Source: Nitrospirota bacterium (GTDB lineage Bacteria; Nitrospirota; UBA9217). From it: DNA of 33,112 bases. The translations under genes and the position numbers were made by a program. Location: assembly GCA_035623825.1 (NCBI GenBank), contig DASPSR010000051.1, forward strand, positions 1 through 33,112, written 5' to 3'. Positions 1-8,913 of this stretch are shown here, one piece after another; the first letter of the stretch is position 1, and every line of letters begins with the position of its first letter. The notes under the pieces are model-generated. The model was not told the origin of the DNA, did no database searches, and worked only from the letters and a program-made list of their open reading frames with translations.

Positions 1-2232
1 ACCATAATTTGTCCAAAAGGGGCAGATTTTTCCCATCATGTCGGTTCTGAAACTGCTGTGATCCGTGGTCGTTTTCCAAACAAGCTGGGGGTGATTGTTG
101 AAAGTATCCGCTGGTTGAGCATGAAGAGAAATAGGCGTCACGGCATGGTCGTGATTACGGAACCATCCTCAATTGGCATAGTTGGTTTTATAGCTAAGAT
201 GGCATTCGCTCTGCCTTGGGCGGTTGACGTCTGGGATATCCCTTTACGCTATCTAGGCACTAATTTACTGATGACAATCAAAAATCACCTGCTGAAACTG
301 GTTTTCCGCTATCTTTATCGATGGGCTGATCTCTTTATCGTTGGCATCTTACCAGATATGGGGTTCAGGTATTTTCGTGTTCCGAGAGAAAAAATATTGC
401 AATGGCAAACGACGATAAATATAAACAAGAACCTTCATAATCATATTCACAAAGATGAAAAATCGCCATTTCAGTTATTATGCATGCGGAGCAATCATAA
501 CAGATATATGGGGCTTGATATATTAGGCAATGCCTTCCACCTTCTGGAAAAGAAAATTCCCAATATAAGGTTGTGGATAATAGGGGATATAGACAGGGAC
601 GTTGAAAAATCGATCACTGAATTAAGGGCTTCGCCCCGTGTAACGTTTACGGGATTTATGGAACATTCCAATCTACTTAAGTTGATTGCAGCAGTAGACT
701 GTTGCGTTATACCTTGGAAAGATGTCGAGGATTTGGCTCAAACCTATCCAGCGAAGGTCATGGAATACATGACACAGGGAAAAGTCCTGGTGGCTCCTCG
801 AATCAGGGGAATATCGGAAATGATTGACGATGGATACAATGGATTATTATTCACACCCGGAAACTATGTCGAACTTGCGGAAAAAATAGAAACATTGGCA
901 AGTGATGCGAAGTTAAGGGAGTATATATCGACAAACGCCAAAAGATATGTCGCAAAATTCGACGGCGCGTTAAAAAACCAATGCATTTTGGATAGTTTGA
1001 CTGAATTATCGGATGATCATAATGCTCAAAGCGGGATCCTTCCGGAAGGCGCTTCACAGGCCAAGCTGCGAGTGGTATTCGTATGTTCTGCGAGACCAGT
1101 ATCTGACGACAGAAATATGAACTATTATCAACGTGCCCATTTTCTGAGTCATCAGTCTTGCTTGACAATAATCGCTCCGCAAGGTGCCGATTATTCTGGT
1201 GTCATAGCAGCTGGAACGCATGTATTGAACTCTCCTTGGAAAGGCAGTTTTGGGCATCTTGCTTATGCCATGTTGTACTTCCTGAAGGCAGGAAAAAAGG
1301 GTAGAAATAATATCGTCATTACCGGGCCATCTATTCTGGGAGCGAGCGGATTTATCGCCAAGATAGCCACGGGTTGTCGTTGGGTTGTGGACGTGTGGGA
1401 TATTCCGATACGCGTTGATGAAAGTCTTGGGCTGGGTCACTATCTTCACCTAAAATTGGTTCGGCGCATCATGAAGTACCTATACCGCTCAGCAGACCAT
1501 TCTATTGTATCGATTATTCCTGATATGGAATTTAGATATTTTGGTATCCCTGAAGAAAAAATGCTGATACTTCCCAACGCTATATGGCAGGATAGCTATT
1601 CTAGACAGTCGACTGTCCGCAGGGATGCTCATGCTTCCGATTTTACGATACTTTGCATGAGGAGCACCTATTCCCAGCATATGGGACTGGATACACTAGC
1701 AGATGCCTTCATCAGTCTGAAAGAACGGATCCCCGGCATATCGATGGTGATCGTAGGCCACATCCCTCCCCATGTCAAAAAACAGGTCATGAAATTAGAA
1801 GGCTCTGCTCAGGTCAGATTCATCGATCACATGAAACATGAGAAACTCGTTGAGGCCATACGGGATTCCTCGGTCTGCGTAATACCATTCAAGAACATAC
1901 CTGACTTGGCCCAGACCTATCCAATCAAGATTTTGGAGTACTTTTCACAGGGACGTCCGGTCGTTGCCTCCAATATCGCCGGTATCAGCAACATGATGAA
2001 ACATGGCGTTAACGGCCTTCTGTTTCGCGCTGGTGATGCCAGCGACTTGGCGGAGAAAATTCTCACTATCTATAGAGATAAAGAACTGGTTTCAAAAATT
2101 ACCTCTGGTGCAGCACATCTCGATGAACGTTATGATTGCCGTGCGAAAAGCAGTGAAATCCTGAGCACGTTGAATCAGTTGAGACATACTGAGGTGAATG
2201 GCCATCCTTGTAAGTGCAATCTGGAGTATTAA
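1..2232 (+). CDS. Tandem double GT4 (GT-B) glycosyltransferase, 5'-truncated by the window edge
   Basis: Frame is open from base 1 (TIICPKGADFS...), which matches TIIAPQGADYS in the second half, so GTG58 is not the true start. Two homologous units each carry VDVWDIP, LCMRS..MGLD, DLAQTYPxKxxEY and GxNGLLF. Confidence 0.85.
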   Translation, partial: TIICPKGADFSHHVGSETAVIRGRFPNKLGVIVESIRWLSMKRNRRHGMVVITEPSSIGIVGFIAKMAFALPWAVDVWDIPLRYLGTNLLMTIKNHLLKLVFRYLYRWADLFIVGILPDMGFRYFRVPREKILQWQTTININKNLHNHIHKDEKSPFQLLCMRSNHNRYMGLDILGNAFHLLEKKIPNIRLWIIGDIDRDVEKSITELRASPRVTFTGFMEHSNLLKLIAAVDCCVIPWKDVEDLAQTYPAKVMEYMTQGKVLVAPRIRGISEMIDDGYNGLLFTPGNYVELAEKIETLASDAKLREYISTNAKRYVAKFDGALKNQCILDSLTELSDDHNAQSGILPEGASQAKLRVVFVCSARPVSDDRNMNYYQRAHFLSHQSCLTIIAPQGADYSGVIAAGTHVLNSPWKGSFGHLAYAMLYFLKAGKKGRNNIVITGPSILGASGFIAKIATGCRWVVDVWDIPIRVDESLGLGHYLHLKLVRRIMKYLYRSADHSIVSIIPDMEFRYFGIPEEKMLILPNAIWQDSYSRQSTVRRDAHASDFTILCMRSTYSQHMGLDTLADAFISLKERIPGISMVIVGHIPPHVKKQVMKLEGSAQVRFIDHMKHEKLVEAIRDSSVCVIPFKNIPDLAQTYPIKILEYFSQGRPVVASNIAGISNMMKHGVNGLLFRAGDASDLAEKILTIYRDKELVSKITSGAAHLDERYDCRAKSSEILSTLNQLRHTEVNGHPCKCNLEY

Positions 2233-4019
2233 TGTTTTTTTTGAAATACGTAGTCCGAGCATTCACTTCAGCAATTGCTCTCATGATCACGTTGGCCTGT
2301 CAAACATGGGCCGGTGCTTGCGATCTGCCAGCTTGTAACGGAGCCATTGATGTCATGCTGAAAGGAAATCTACGGGATGAAAATAGCGGATTCATCCTGA
2401 AGCGGATCGGTGGAAAAATGTCAGACGACCGCATTTTTGGCACAGCCCTCCGTTTAAACAAAGGTGAATTTCTTGAAATGGATGCCGCCAAACTCATTAA
2501 CCCATCCGCCGGGTCGGTCATATTCTGGGTACGTCCCCACTGGGACGGTGGTATGGAATCGCACACCTTTCTCTCGTTGCCCTGGAAGGACGGTAAAAAG
2601 GGCTATTTTGTTGTGAGTCATGGATGGTGGGAGCCGGCAGGTGCTGGGCTATTGTATTTTATTGGCAATAACAATGACTACGCCAACATGGCACGCCGAA
2701 TCCGCTTGACAAAAGATGAATGGACGCAGATTGGCTGTATTTGGAATGGTGGTGATCCCGGGAGCAATCGCCTTTATGTGAACGGTGTCCTGGCTGAAGT
2801 TAATAAATTATATACTGGCTCCTCTCAGCCCGAAGGAAAGCTGCTCATAGGCTCTGATGCCGGGACACCACTGGCAAACGAACGCTGGGCAGACTCCGAT
2901 TTTGCCAATATCACGTTTTTTCGGCGTGCGCTGTCTGATAATGAAATCCGTGATATCTACGAACATCAAACCCCTCTTAGGAAGTGGCCTCAGGTTGCGG
3001 CGGACGGCGCAGTGCTGGAAACGAGGACTATTTTTGATGAGGGTTTTGGATGGCAAACTGAATACGGTTCCCACGAGACGATCCGCAGAATCAGAAAGGC
3101 GGGTTTCAACGTGTATATTCCCTGTGTCTGGCACGGCAATGGCGCCCGTTACCCGACTGCCTTTGTAGCAAAGGATCCGAACAACAGATTTGCAGGCCGA
3201 GATCCTCTGGAAAGGATTATAACTACCGCCCACGACAACGGGATACAGGTTCATGCCATGTTTACAGTGGCGCTCAGGGAGGATGGTTTTGCGCGCAGAC
3301 ACAGTGACTTTTATTCAGCCGCTACTCCGGAACACGCCTATGACCTTCACCGATACGCATTTCGAAGTTTCATCACCGGGCTCATAGCAGATGTGGTGAG
3401 GCGCTATCCCATTGACGGCATCAATCTGGACTATATTAGAACAATGGGGACCTGTCGTTGCGAGCTCTGTAAAGCCGAGTACAAAAAACGTTTTGGCCGA
3501 GACCTGCTGTATGATGCCGATCACCCCAAAGCTGACGGGAGTTTGGAGCCTCATCTCCAAGAATGGCAGGACTCTGTAGTAGAGACGATCATTCGTGACA
3601 TTTCACGCATTATAAAGGCCCTTCGCCCGGATTGCGTTCTCAGCGTGGATGGAAACCCACAATACTATATGAATAGCGAAGGACGACAGGAGGCCCGATG
3701 GGCCAATTCAGGTTTGGTGGACTTGGTTTATGATATGGAATATAACGAACCGCCTGACGTTGAGCGGCACCATCTTGCAACTACCGAGTTCAATAATCCT
3801 GGAATGCTGCTTTTGCTCATCTCTAACTACGATTGGATCGACGGTAAACCTGTGACTAAAGCGGCTAATCGTCTACGAAGGTCTGCGGAATATGTCGAAA
3901 AACGCTGGGGAAAGGGGTTTGGGCTCTATATCTACTCCCTGCTCAGCGATGAACAGATTGATATGCTTGCAAGGGGTCCGTTTCGCAAGACAAGCAGGCC
4001 GCCAAATTACGTGAATTGA
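2232..4019 (+). CDS. Secreted LamG/ConA-like domain + family-10-like glycoside hydrolase (GHL10/DUF187 TIM barrel)
   Basis: ATG2232 overlaps the upstream TAA (TAATG). Hydrophobic signal peptide. LamG motifs GSVIFWVRP, WTQIGCIW, LYVNG, ALSDNEIRDIY. GHL10 motifs AGFNVYIPCVWHG, AHDNGIQVHA, RYPIDGINLDYIR. Confidence 0.75.
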   Translation: MFFLKYVVRAFTSAIALMITLACQTWAGACDLPACNGAIDVMLKGNLRDENSGFILKRIGGKMSDDRIFGTALRLNKGEFLEMDAAKLINPSAGSVIFWVRPHWDGGMESHTFLSLPWKDGKKGYFVVSHGWWEPAGAGLLYFIGNNNDYANMARRIRLTKDEWTQIGCIWNGGDPGSNRLYVNGVLAEVNKLYTGSSQPEGKLLIGSDAGTPLANERWADSDFANITFFRRALSDNEIRDIYEHQTPLRKWPQVAADGAVLETRTIFDEGFGWQTEYGSHETIRRIRKAGFNVYIPCVWHGNGARYPTAFVAKDPNNRFAGRDPLERIITTAHDNGIQVHAMFTVALREDGFARRHSDFYSAATPEHAYDLHRYAFRSFITGLIADVVRRYPIDGINLDYIRTMGTCRCELCKAEYKKRFGRDLLYDADHPKADGSLEPHLQEWQDSVVETIIRDISRIIKALRPDCVLSVDGNPQYYMNSEGRQEARWANSGLVDLVYDMEYNEPPDVERHHLATTEFNNPGMLLLLISNYDWIDGKPVTKAANRLRRSAEYVEKRWGKGFGLYIYSLLSDEQIDMLARGPFRKTSRPPNYVN

Positions 4020-4035
4020 GCCTGGCGAAACAGTC

Positions 4036-5142
4036 ATGAAAAGAATAGTTATCCTTCAAAAATACTGCACTCCGTACCGGGTACCGCTGTTCAATGCGGT
4101 TGCTCAACAGCCGGGTGTCGACCTGACACTTCTCTACTATGGTCAGAAGGAGATGAGGAGGAAGTGGACCTATTTCCCCGAATGTGCCTTTAATGAAGTG
4201 CAATCCCGATGCATCAGCGTTCGCGCCGGTTACGAGCGAAATCTGGAGTTGCCGTTCTCGCTCATAAAAGACCTTGGACGGATCAGGCCAGACATGATTA
4301 TCTGTGCTCCCGATGTGGGCGGGATTGCTGCGTATTTCTATAAAAGACAGACTTCGAAATCGTATACCATCTGGAGCGAAGCGACGCCAGTCACCGAAAA
4401 GAAGACGTCAGTGCTCAGAGAAAAATTTCGAAGAGCCATCTATGGCGACGCAGAAAGTTTCATTGTTCCTGGGATCCTGGCAGAGGCGTATATCCGCTTG
4501 TATCGTCAGGATGTCCCCGTTCATGTTGTTCCAAACAGCATAGAGGAGCAACACTTCTCTCTGACGAATGACGAACTGTCTGCAAAATTTGATAGAGAGC
4601 GGCTCATTATTACCTTCAGCGGTTCACTTATTGAACGTAAGGGAATCAAGTTGCTGCTGGAGTCATATTCTCGATTGATGCGAGAGAAGCCTGAATTGGA
4701 CGATCAATGCCTGCTTAGGATACTGGGTACTGGTCCTATGGACCTTACGTGCTATAAGCGCAGGAACATTGAGTTTGCCGGCTTTTGCGAACAGCAAAAA
4801 TATTATGAACACATCAGGTCCAGCCACATATTTGTACTTCCGTCACTCAGTGATAATAATCCCCTGACGGTAGTGGAAGCTCTCTTTGCCGGAAACGTAA
4901 TATTACTCGCAGATGGTGTCGGAAATCATCCGGAAGCAGTACGCGGTAACGGTGCGGTTGTTCCGTCCGGTTCTGTCGAAGAGATGACACGGGCGTTGGA
5001 AAGATTGTTGACGACGCCTCGGGCAGAGTTGGCACATATGGCATACAATTCACTTAAAATTGCCAGGGAGTTCTCTCTGAAACGGGCCGCTGCCGGCTTT
5101 TACAAGGCGATATGGAAAGAAAACCCTTCATGCTCTGTTTGA
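4036..5142 (+). CDS. GT4 family glycosyltransferase
   Basis: N-terminal PYRVPLF; FSGSLIERKG; FVLPSLSDNNPLTVVEAL donor-binding region. Confidence 0.9.
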   Translation: MKRIVILQKYCTPYRVPLFNAVAQQPGVDLTLLYYGQKEMRRKWTYFPECAFNEVQSRCISVRAGYERNLELPFSLIKDLGRIRPDMIICAPDVGGIAAYFYKRQTSKSYTIWSEATPVTEKKTSVLREKFRRAIYGDAESFIVPGILAEAYIRLYRQDVPVHVVPNSIEEQHFSLTNDELSAKFDRERLIITFSGSLIERKGIKLLLESYSRLMREKPELDDQCLLRILGTGPMDLTCYKRRNIEFAGFCEQQKYYEHIRSSHIFVLPSLSDNNPLTVVEALFAGNVILLADGVGNHPEAVRGNGAVVPSGSVEEMTRALERLLTTPRAELAHMAYNSLKIAREFSLKRAAAGFYKAIWKENPSCSV

Positions 5143-6233
5143 CTCACCTGCCGCCGCCAGTGAATGGCGTAACTGTCATGAGCCAACACGTAGTTAACTC
5201 GCACGAACTCCGATTGCATTTCGATATTGATGTTCTTCCGATCAGGAGCGCTGCTAGTATATCAGATATTGGAAAATTGCGTGTCGCAAAGGTCTTCGGT
5301 ATTCTCTCCCTGGTGTGGAGGCTTTTCGTGCGCGCACTGACCCACAAACCCGATCTCGTCTATTTTACTCTCACGCCAAACGGCATGGCCTTTTACCGGG
5401 ACGTCCTATACGTTGCTTTAATGAAACTGTCGGGTGCTCGGCGAATCTATCACCTGCACGGCAAAGGAGTTGATAAGGCGCTGACAAACCCGCTTACACT
5501 GGCCCTCTATAAATGGGTTTTTCGGGGGGCTGAAGTAATCCTGCTCTCTCCGAGCCTCTATGCGGACAGCGCACGAGTTGTACGAAGGGAGCAATGCCAT
5601 TTTCTTGCCAACGGCATTCCTGACCCGTGGGACGGCAGGGATTACCGGGATGATCGGTCATGCAGAATCGACACGCCTCGGATCGTCTTTTTCTCCAACT
5701 TGGTCGTGAACAAGGGGATATTCGTCCTTCTGGAGGCATTGGCGCTGTTAAAGATCCGGGGCGTGCCTTTTCGTGCTTCGTTCGTCGGAGCATGGGAGTC
5801 GGCGTCAGTGGAGCAGGAGTTCGGGCGAATCGTTAGGGAAAAGGCGTTGCACGATCTTGTAGAGGTTCGCGGACCGCGGCACGGCGAGGAAAAGCGGCAA
5901 GCTTACGCGGAAGCGGATATCATGGCATTTCCCACTTATAATGACTCATATCCCCTTGTCGTGTTAGAAGCAATGAGTCACGCGCTTCCGGTGATTTCCA
6001 CATATGAGGGTGCAATACCTGAAATTCTCGCAGATAACATAACCGGCTTCCTCGTCCCTCGCATGGACGCGCTTACGACAGCCGACCGGCTGGAGTTGTT
6101 GCTGACAGATCCGGCATTACGGGAAAGAATGGGAAAGGCCGGCAGAAAGCGGTATCTATCCAAATTCACGTTGAGGCATTTTGAGGAAAATCTCCGTAAT
6201 ATCTTGGAGAAATGTCTGGCAAAAAATAAATGA
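5112..6233 (+). CDS. GT4 family glycosyltransferase (start may be ATG5130)
   Basis: LPPPVNG, HLHG, FFSNLVVNKG, FPTYNDSYPLVVLEAMSHALPVIST, TGFLV. Confidence 0.9.
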   Translation: MERKPFMLCLTHLPPPVNGVTVMSQHVVNSHELRLHFDIDVLPIRSAASISDIGKLRVAKVFGILSLVWRLFVRALTHKPDLVYFTLTPNGMAFYRDVLYVALMKLSGARRIYHLHGKGVDKALTNPLTLALYKWVFRGAEVILLSPSLYADSARVVRREQCHFLANGIPDPWDGRDYRDDRSCRIDTPRIVFFSNLVVNKGIFVLLEALALLKIRGVPFRASFVGAWESASVEQEFGRIVREKALHDLVEVRGPRHGEEKRQAYAEADIMAFPTYNDSYPLVVLEAMSHALPVISTYEGAIPEILADNITGFLVPRMDALTTADRLELLLTDPALRERMGKAGRKRYLSKFTLRHFEENLRNILEKCLAKNK

Positions 6234-7534
6234 TTGCGTTGCCCTACATATTGATTGCCGTTTTCGTCCTTGCCCTGACGGTGAACACAAAGAAGGCCAT
6301 CTTGGTTGCGGTTGTGATAAGGCCGGTCATAGATTGTTTCTATGAGTTTAAGTACGGCATAGCCGATATCAGGCCGCCAGAAATCTTTGGTGTCTTGCTG
6401 CCTACACTGCTTTGTCTGAAAATCCTCGTGTCGAGCGAACATGGCTTTCGGCGTGCCCCTCTGTCGGGGCTATGGATATTCTATTTGTATTTTCAGCTTT
6501 TTAGCGTGGTTTTGATAACGACGGTAGGAAATGATGCAAAAATGGCGATAGATTATTTCTTCCGGGCGTTCAACGGGTTCATCGGTTTCTTCCTCTATCA
6601 GGAATTTTTTAGAACCCGAAAAGATTTCCGGGTGTTGCTGCTCGCCCACATAGCCGCAGGGCTGGTACCGCTGGGAATGTCGGTTTATCAAAACATCCTT
6701 GGAGGCGTTATTCGGTCCGAGACGACTATCGCGGGGCTCGTCAGGAATATCGGCTTCTACCACGACGCTTACACTCTTCGATTCTACTGCTTCCAGACCA
6801 TGACGGCAGTGATACTTTATTGGTCATACTTCATGTCAGGAATCCGATTTCTGTCCCGGGTTTTTCTGCTGGTAATTACCGCTCTGTCAGTCTTTACCGT
6901 TTATAGAATTTACTCCAAGGCAGGATATCTTATCGCCGCGGAATGGCTGGTTATCTGGTTTGCCGCCCGGAGGCAGTTTCTGCAACTGGGAGTTATTGTA
7001 TTACTGATCATTGCTGCCTTGTTTTTAATGAAAAAAGACTTTTCGACAATTGATATGGTCTATTCGAAGGAAATCGGGGCCATGCAAGGAAAGGAAAAGA
7101 CAGAAATGATGCTTCAGGGACGCGTCGGCGGATGGCAATCCTTGCTGAACGAGTATGCTAAAGCGCCTCTCGTACTTCAACTGGTTGGCGATGGCTCCTC
7201 TCATACCGGTGCCCACAATGACTTTATTCGCGCCCTGCTCGGTACTGGAATGTTGGGGCTGATCTTGTACCTGAGTCTTCTCATAACCATCGGTATGCGG
7301 GTAATTGCAAACTGCCTGCGAGCGAATACGCCGTTGAACGTTATGGCGCTGATGCTCGTAGGCATGTGGATAGTCGATGCGATAGGACTGGTGCCTGGCG
7401 CTTATCCCAGTTACCAAATATTGGTCTGGGGTTTCGTGGGGCTGGCGTTACGAGGTGTTGAGGGACTCGATCCAAAGGTTAACGGCGAATCTCCGGAACG
7501 CGCCGAGGCAGGCGAGATGCCGGTGATGGCTTGA
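6230..7534 (+). CDS. Wzy polymerase / O-antigen ligase family membrane protein
   Basis: About 11-12 hydrophobic segments; periplasmic loop with GR...W and AHNDFIRALLGTGMLG (Wzy_C H-N motif); ATGA overlap with the upstream GT. Confidence 0.8.
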   Translation: MIALPYILIAVFVLALTVNTKKAILVAVVIRPVIDCFYEFKYGIADIRPPEIFGVLLPTLLCLKILVSSEHGFRRAPLSGLWIFYLYFQLFSVVLITTVGNDAKMAIDYFFRAFNGFIGFFLYQEFFRTRKDFRVLLLAHIAAGLVPLGMSVYQNILGGVIRSETTIAGLVRNIGFYHDAYTLRFYCFQTMTAVILYWSYFMSGIRFLSRVFLLVITALSVFTVYRIYSKAGYLIAAEWLVIWFAARRQFLQLGVIVLLIIAALFLMKKDFSTIDMVYSKEIGAMQGKEKTEMMLQGRVGGWQSLLNEYAKAPLVLQLVGDGSSHTGAHNDFIRALLGTGMLGLILYLSLLITIGMRVIANCLRANTPLNVMALMLVGMWIVDAIGLVPGAYPSYQILVWGFVGLALRGVEGLDPKVNGESPERAEAGEMPVMA

Positions 7535-8913
7535 GGATAGACATGTCCAGCAAGGTTAGGGTGATCCCTAAATCATCCTATGATGAATCCGCCCTGCTTG
7601 AATTGCTTCCGGATGATATATTTCAGTCGATTCAGCCGGGCGATACGGTCATTCTTAAGCCCAATTGGGTGATGGAATCGCACAAGTATCGTCCGGATGA
7701 TTGGGAATATGTTATTACCCATCCGGTCATCATAACAGCGGTATTGCAAAAAGTACTGAAGCATCTCGATGGAAAGGGGCAAGTGATCGTCACGGACGGT
7801 CCCACGACCGAGGCCTCGTTTCGCAAGCTGATCGCACGCTATCCACTGGCAGCTTGGCAGAAACTTGCGAAAACCGCAGGCGTTGGTCTGGAAATCGTCG
7901 ACCTGCGCGAGCATGAATGGGAGACGAGCAATGATGTTGTTGTCAAACGCTATCGCTTGCCAGGTGATCCTCGGGGAAAAACGGAGGTTGACCTTCTCGA
8001 TAGTGCAAGCGAGTTTTGGAGGCACAGAAAATCGCAGCGTGGTTATAATGGAGCTGACTACGATAATACCGAGACGAATCGCGCCCATGATGGCCATCAC
8101 AACCTCTATCGCGTCTCGAGAACTGTTATCGAAGGGGATGTCTTTATAAATCTGCCGAAGCTGAAGACCCACCGCAAAGCGGGAATCACGTGTTGCCTGA
8201 AAAATCTCGTGGGTATCAATACCTATAAGAACTACTTGCCGCACCACTCTGAAGGCGGCCCATCTGAAGGAGGAGATCAGTTCCCCACCGATAATGCCCA
8301 TGCCAGGATCGAGGGACCGATTATGCGCTTCCTTAAGCAGAACGTTCTTAAAAGCGCCCCAATGGCCAGAATGCTTAGTCCGTTCAATTCAATCGGGAGA
8401 ATGGTATTTGGAGACACACGGGATGTAATCCGCAGCGGGAACTGGCATGGCAACGACACCATCTGGCGGATGATTCTCGATCTCAATAAGGTTCTCTTGT
8501 ATGCCAACCCGGATGGCAGTATGCGGGAAGGAGTCAAAAAGAATGCGAAGCGTTATATCGGCATTGTCGATGCAGTGCTGGCTGGTGAAGGGCACGGCCC
8601 TCTCGCACCGGAGCCGGTGCATATGGGATACATCTTCTGCGGAACCAATCCGGTTGCCATAGATGCAGTATGCGCAACATTCATGGGGTTCGATCCATTG
8701 AAGATTCCGGCTATCGCCAACTCGTTTAGAATACGTTCCTACCCGCTTTGCGATTTCAGTGATGCGGACATCAGAGCAGTCCTTGCGGATGTCGAATTTA
8801 GCCTCGAGGCGCTGCCTGAAAAATATGTTATCCCATTTGAACCCCAGTTCGGTTGGAAGGGGCACATTGAGCGAGGGAAATTGCAGTATGCGCTGGAAAA
8901 CCCGACTTCTTAA
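7531..8913 (+). CDS. DUF362 domain-containing protein (start TTG7531 or ATG7543)
   Basis: VILKPNWV, ITHP, VTDGP, INLPKLKTHRKAGITCCLKNLVG, DAVLAGEGHGP, NPVAIDAV are characteristic DUF362 motifs. Confidence 0.8.
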   Translation: MRIDMSSKVRVIPKSSYDESALLELLPDDIFQSIQPGDTVILKPNWVMESHKYRPDDWEYVITHPVIITAVLQKVLKHLDGKGQVIVTDGPTTEASFRKLIARYPLAAWQKLAKTAGVGLEIVDLREHEWETSNDVVVKRYRLPGDPRGKTEVDLLDSASEFWRHRKSQRGYNGADYDNTETNRAHDGHHNLYRVSRTVIEGDVFINLPKLKTHRKAGITCCLKNLVGINTYKNYLPHHSEGGPSEGGDQFPTDNAHARIEGPIMRFLKQNVLKSAPMARMLSPFNSIGRMVFGDTRDVIRSGNWHGNDTIWRMILDLNKVLLYANPDGSMREGVKKNAKRYIGIVDAVLAGEGHGPLAPEPVHMGYIFCGTNPVAIDAVCATFMGFDPLKIPAIANSFRIRSYPLCDFSDADIRAVLADVEFSLEALPEKYVIPFEPQFGWKGHIERGKLQYALENPTS

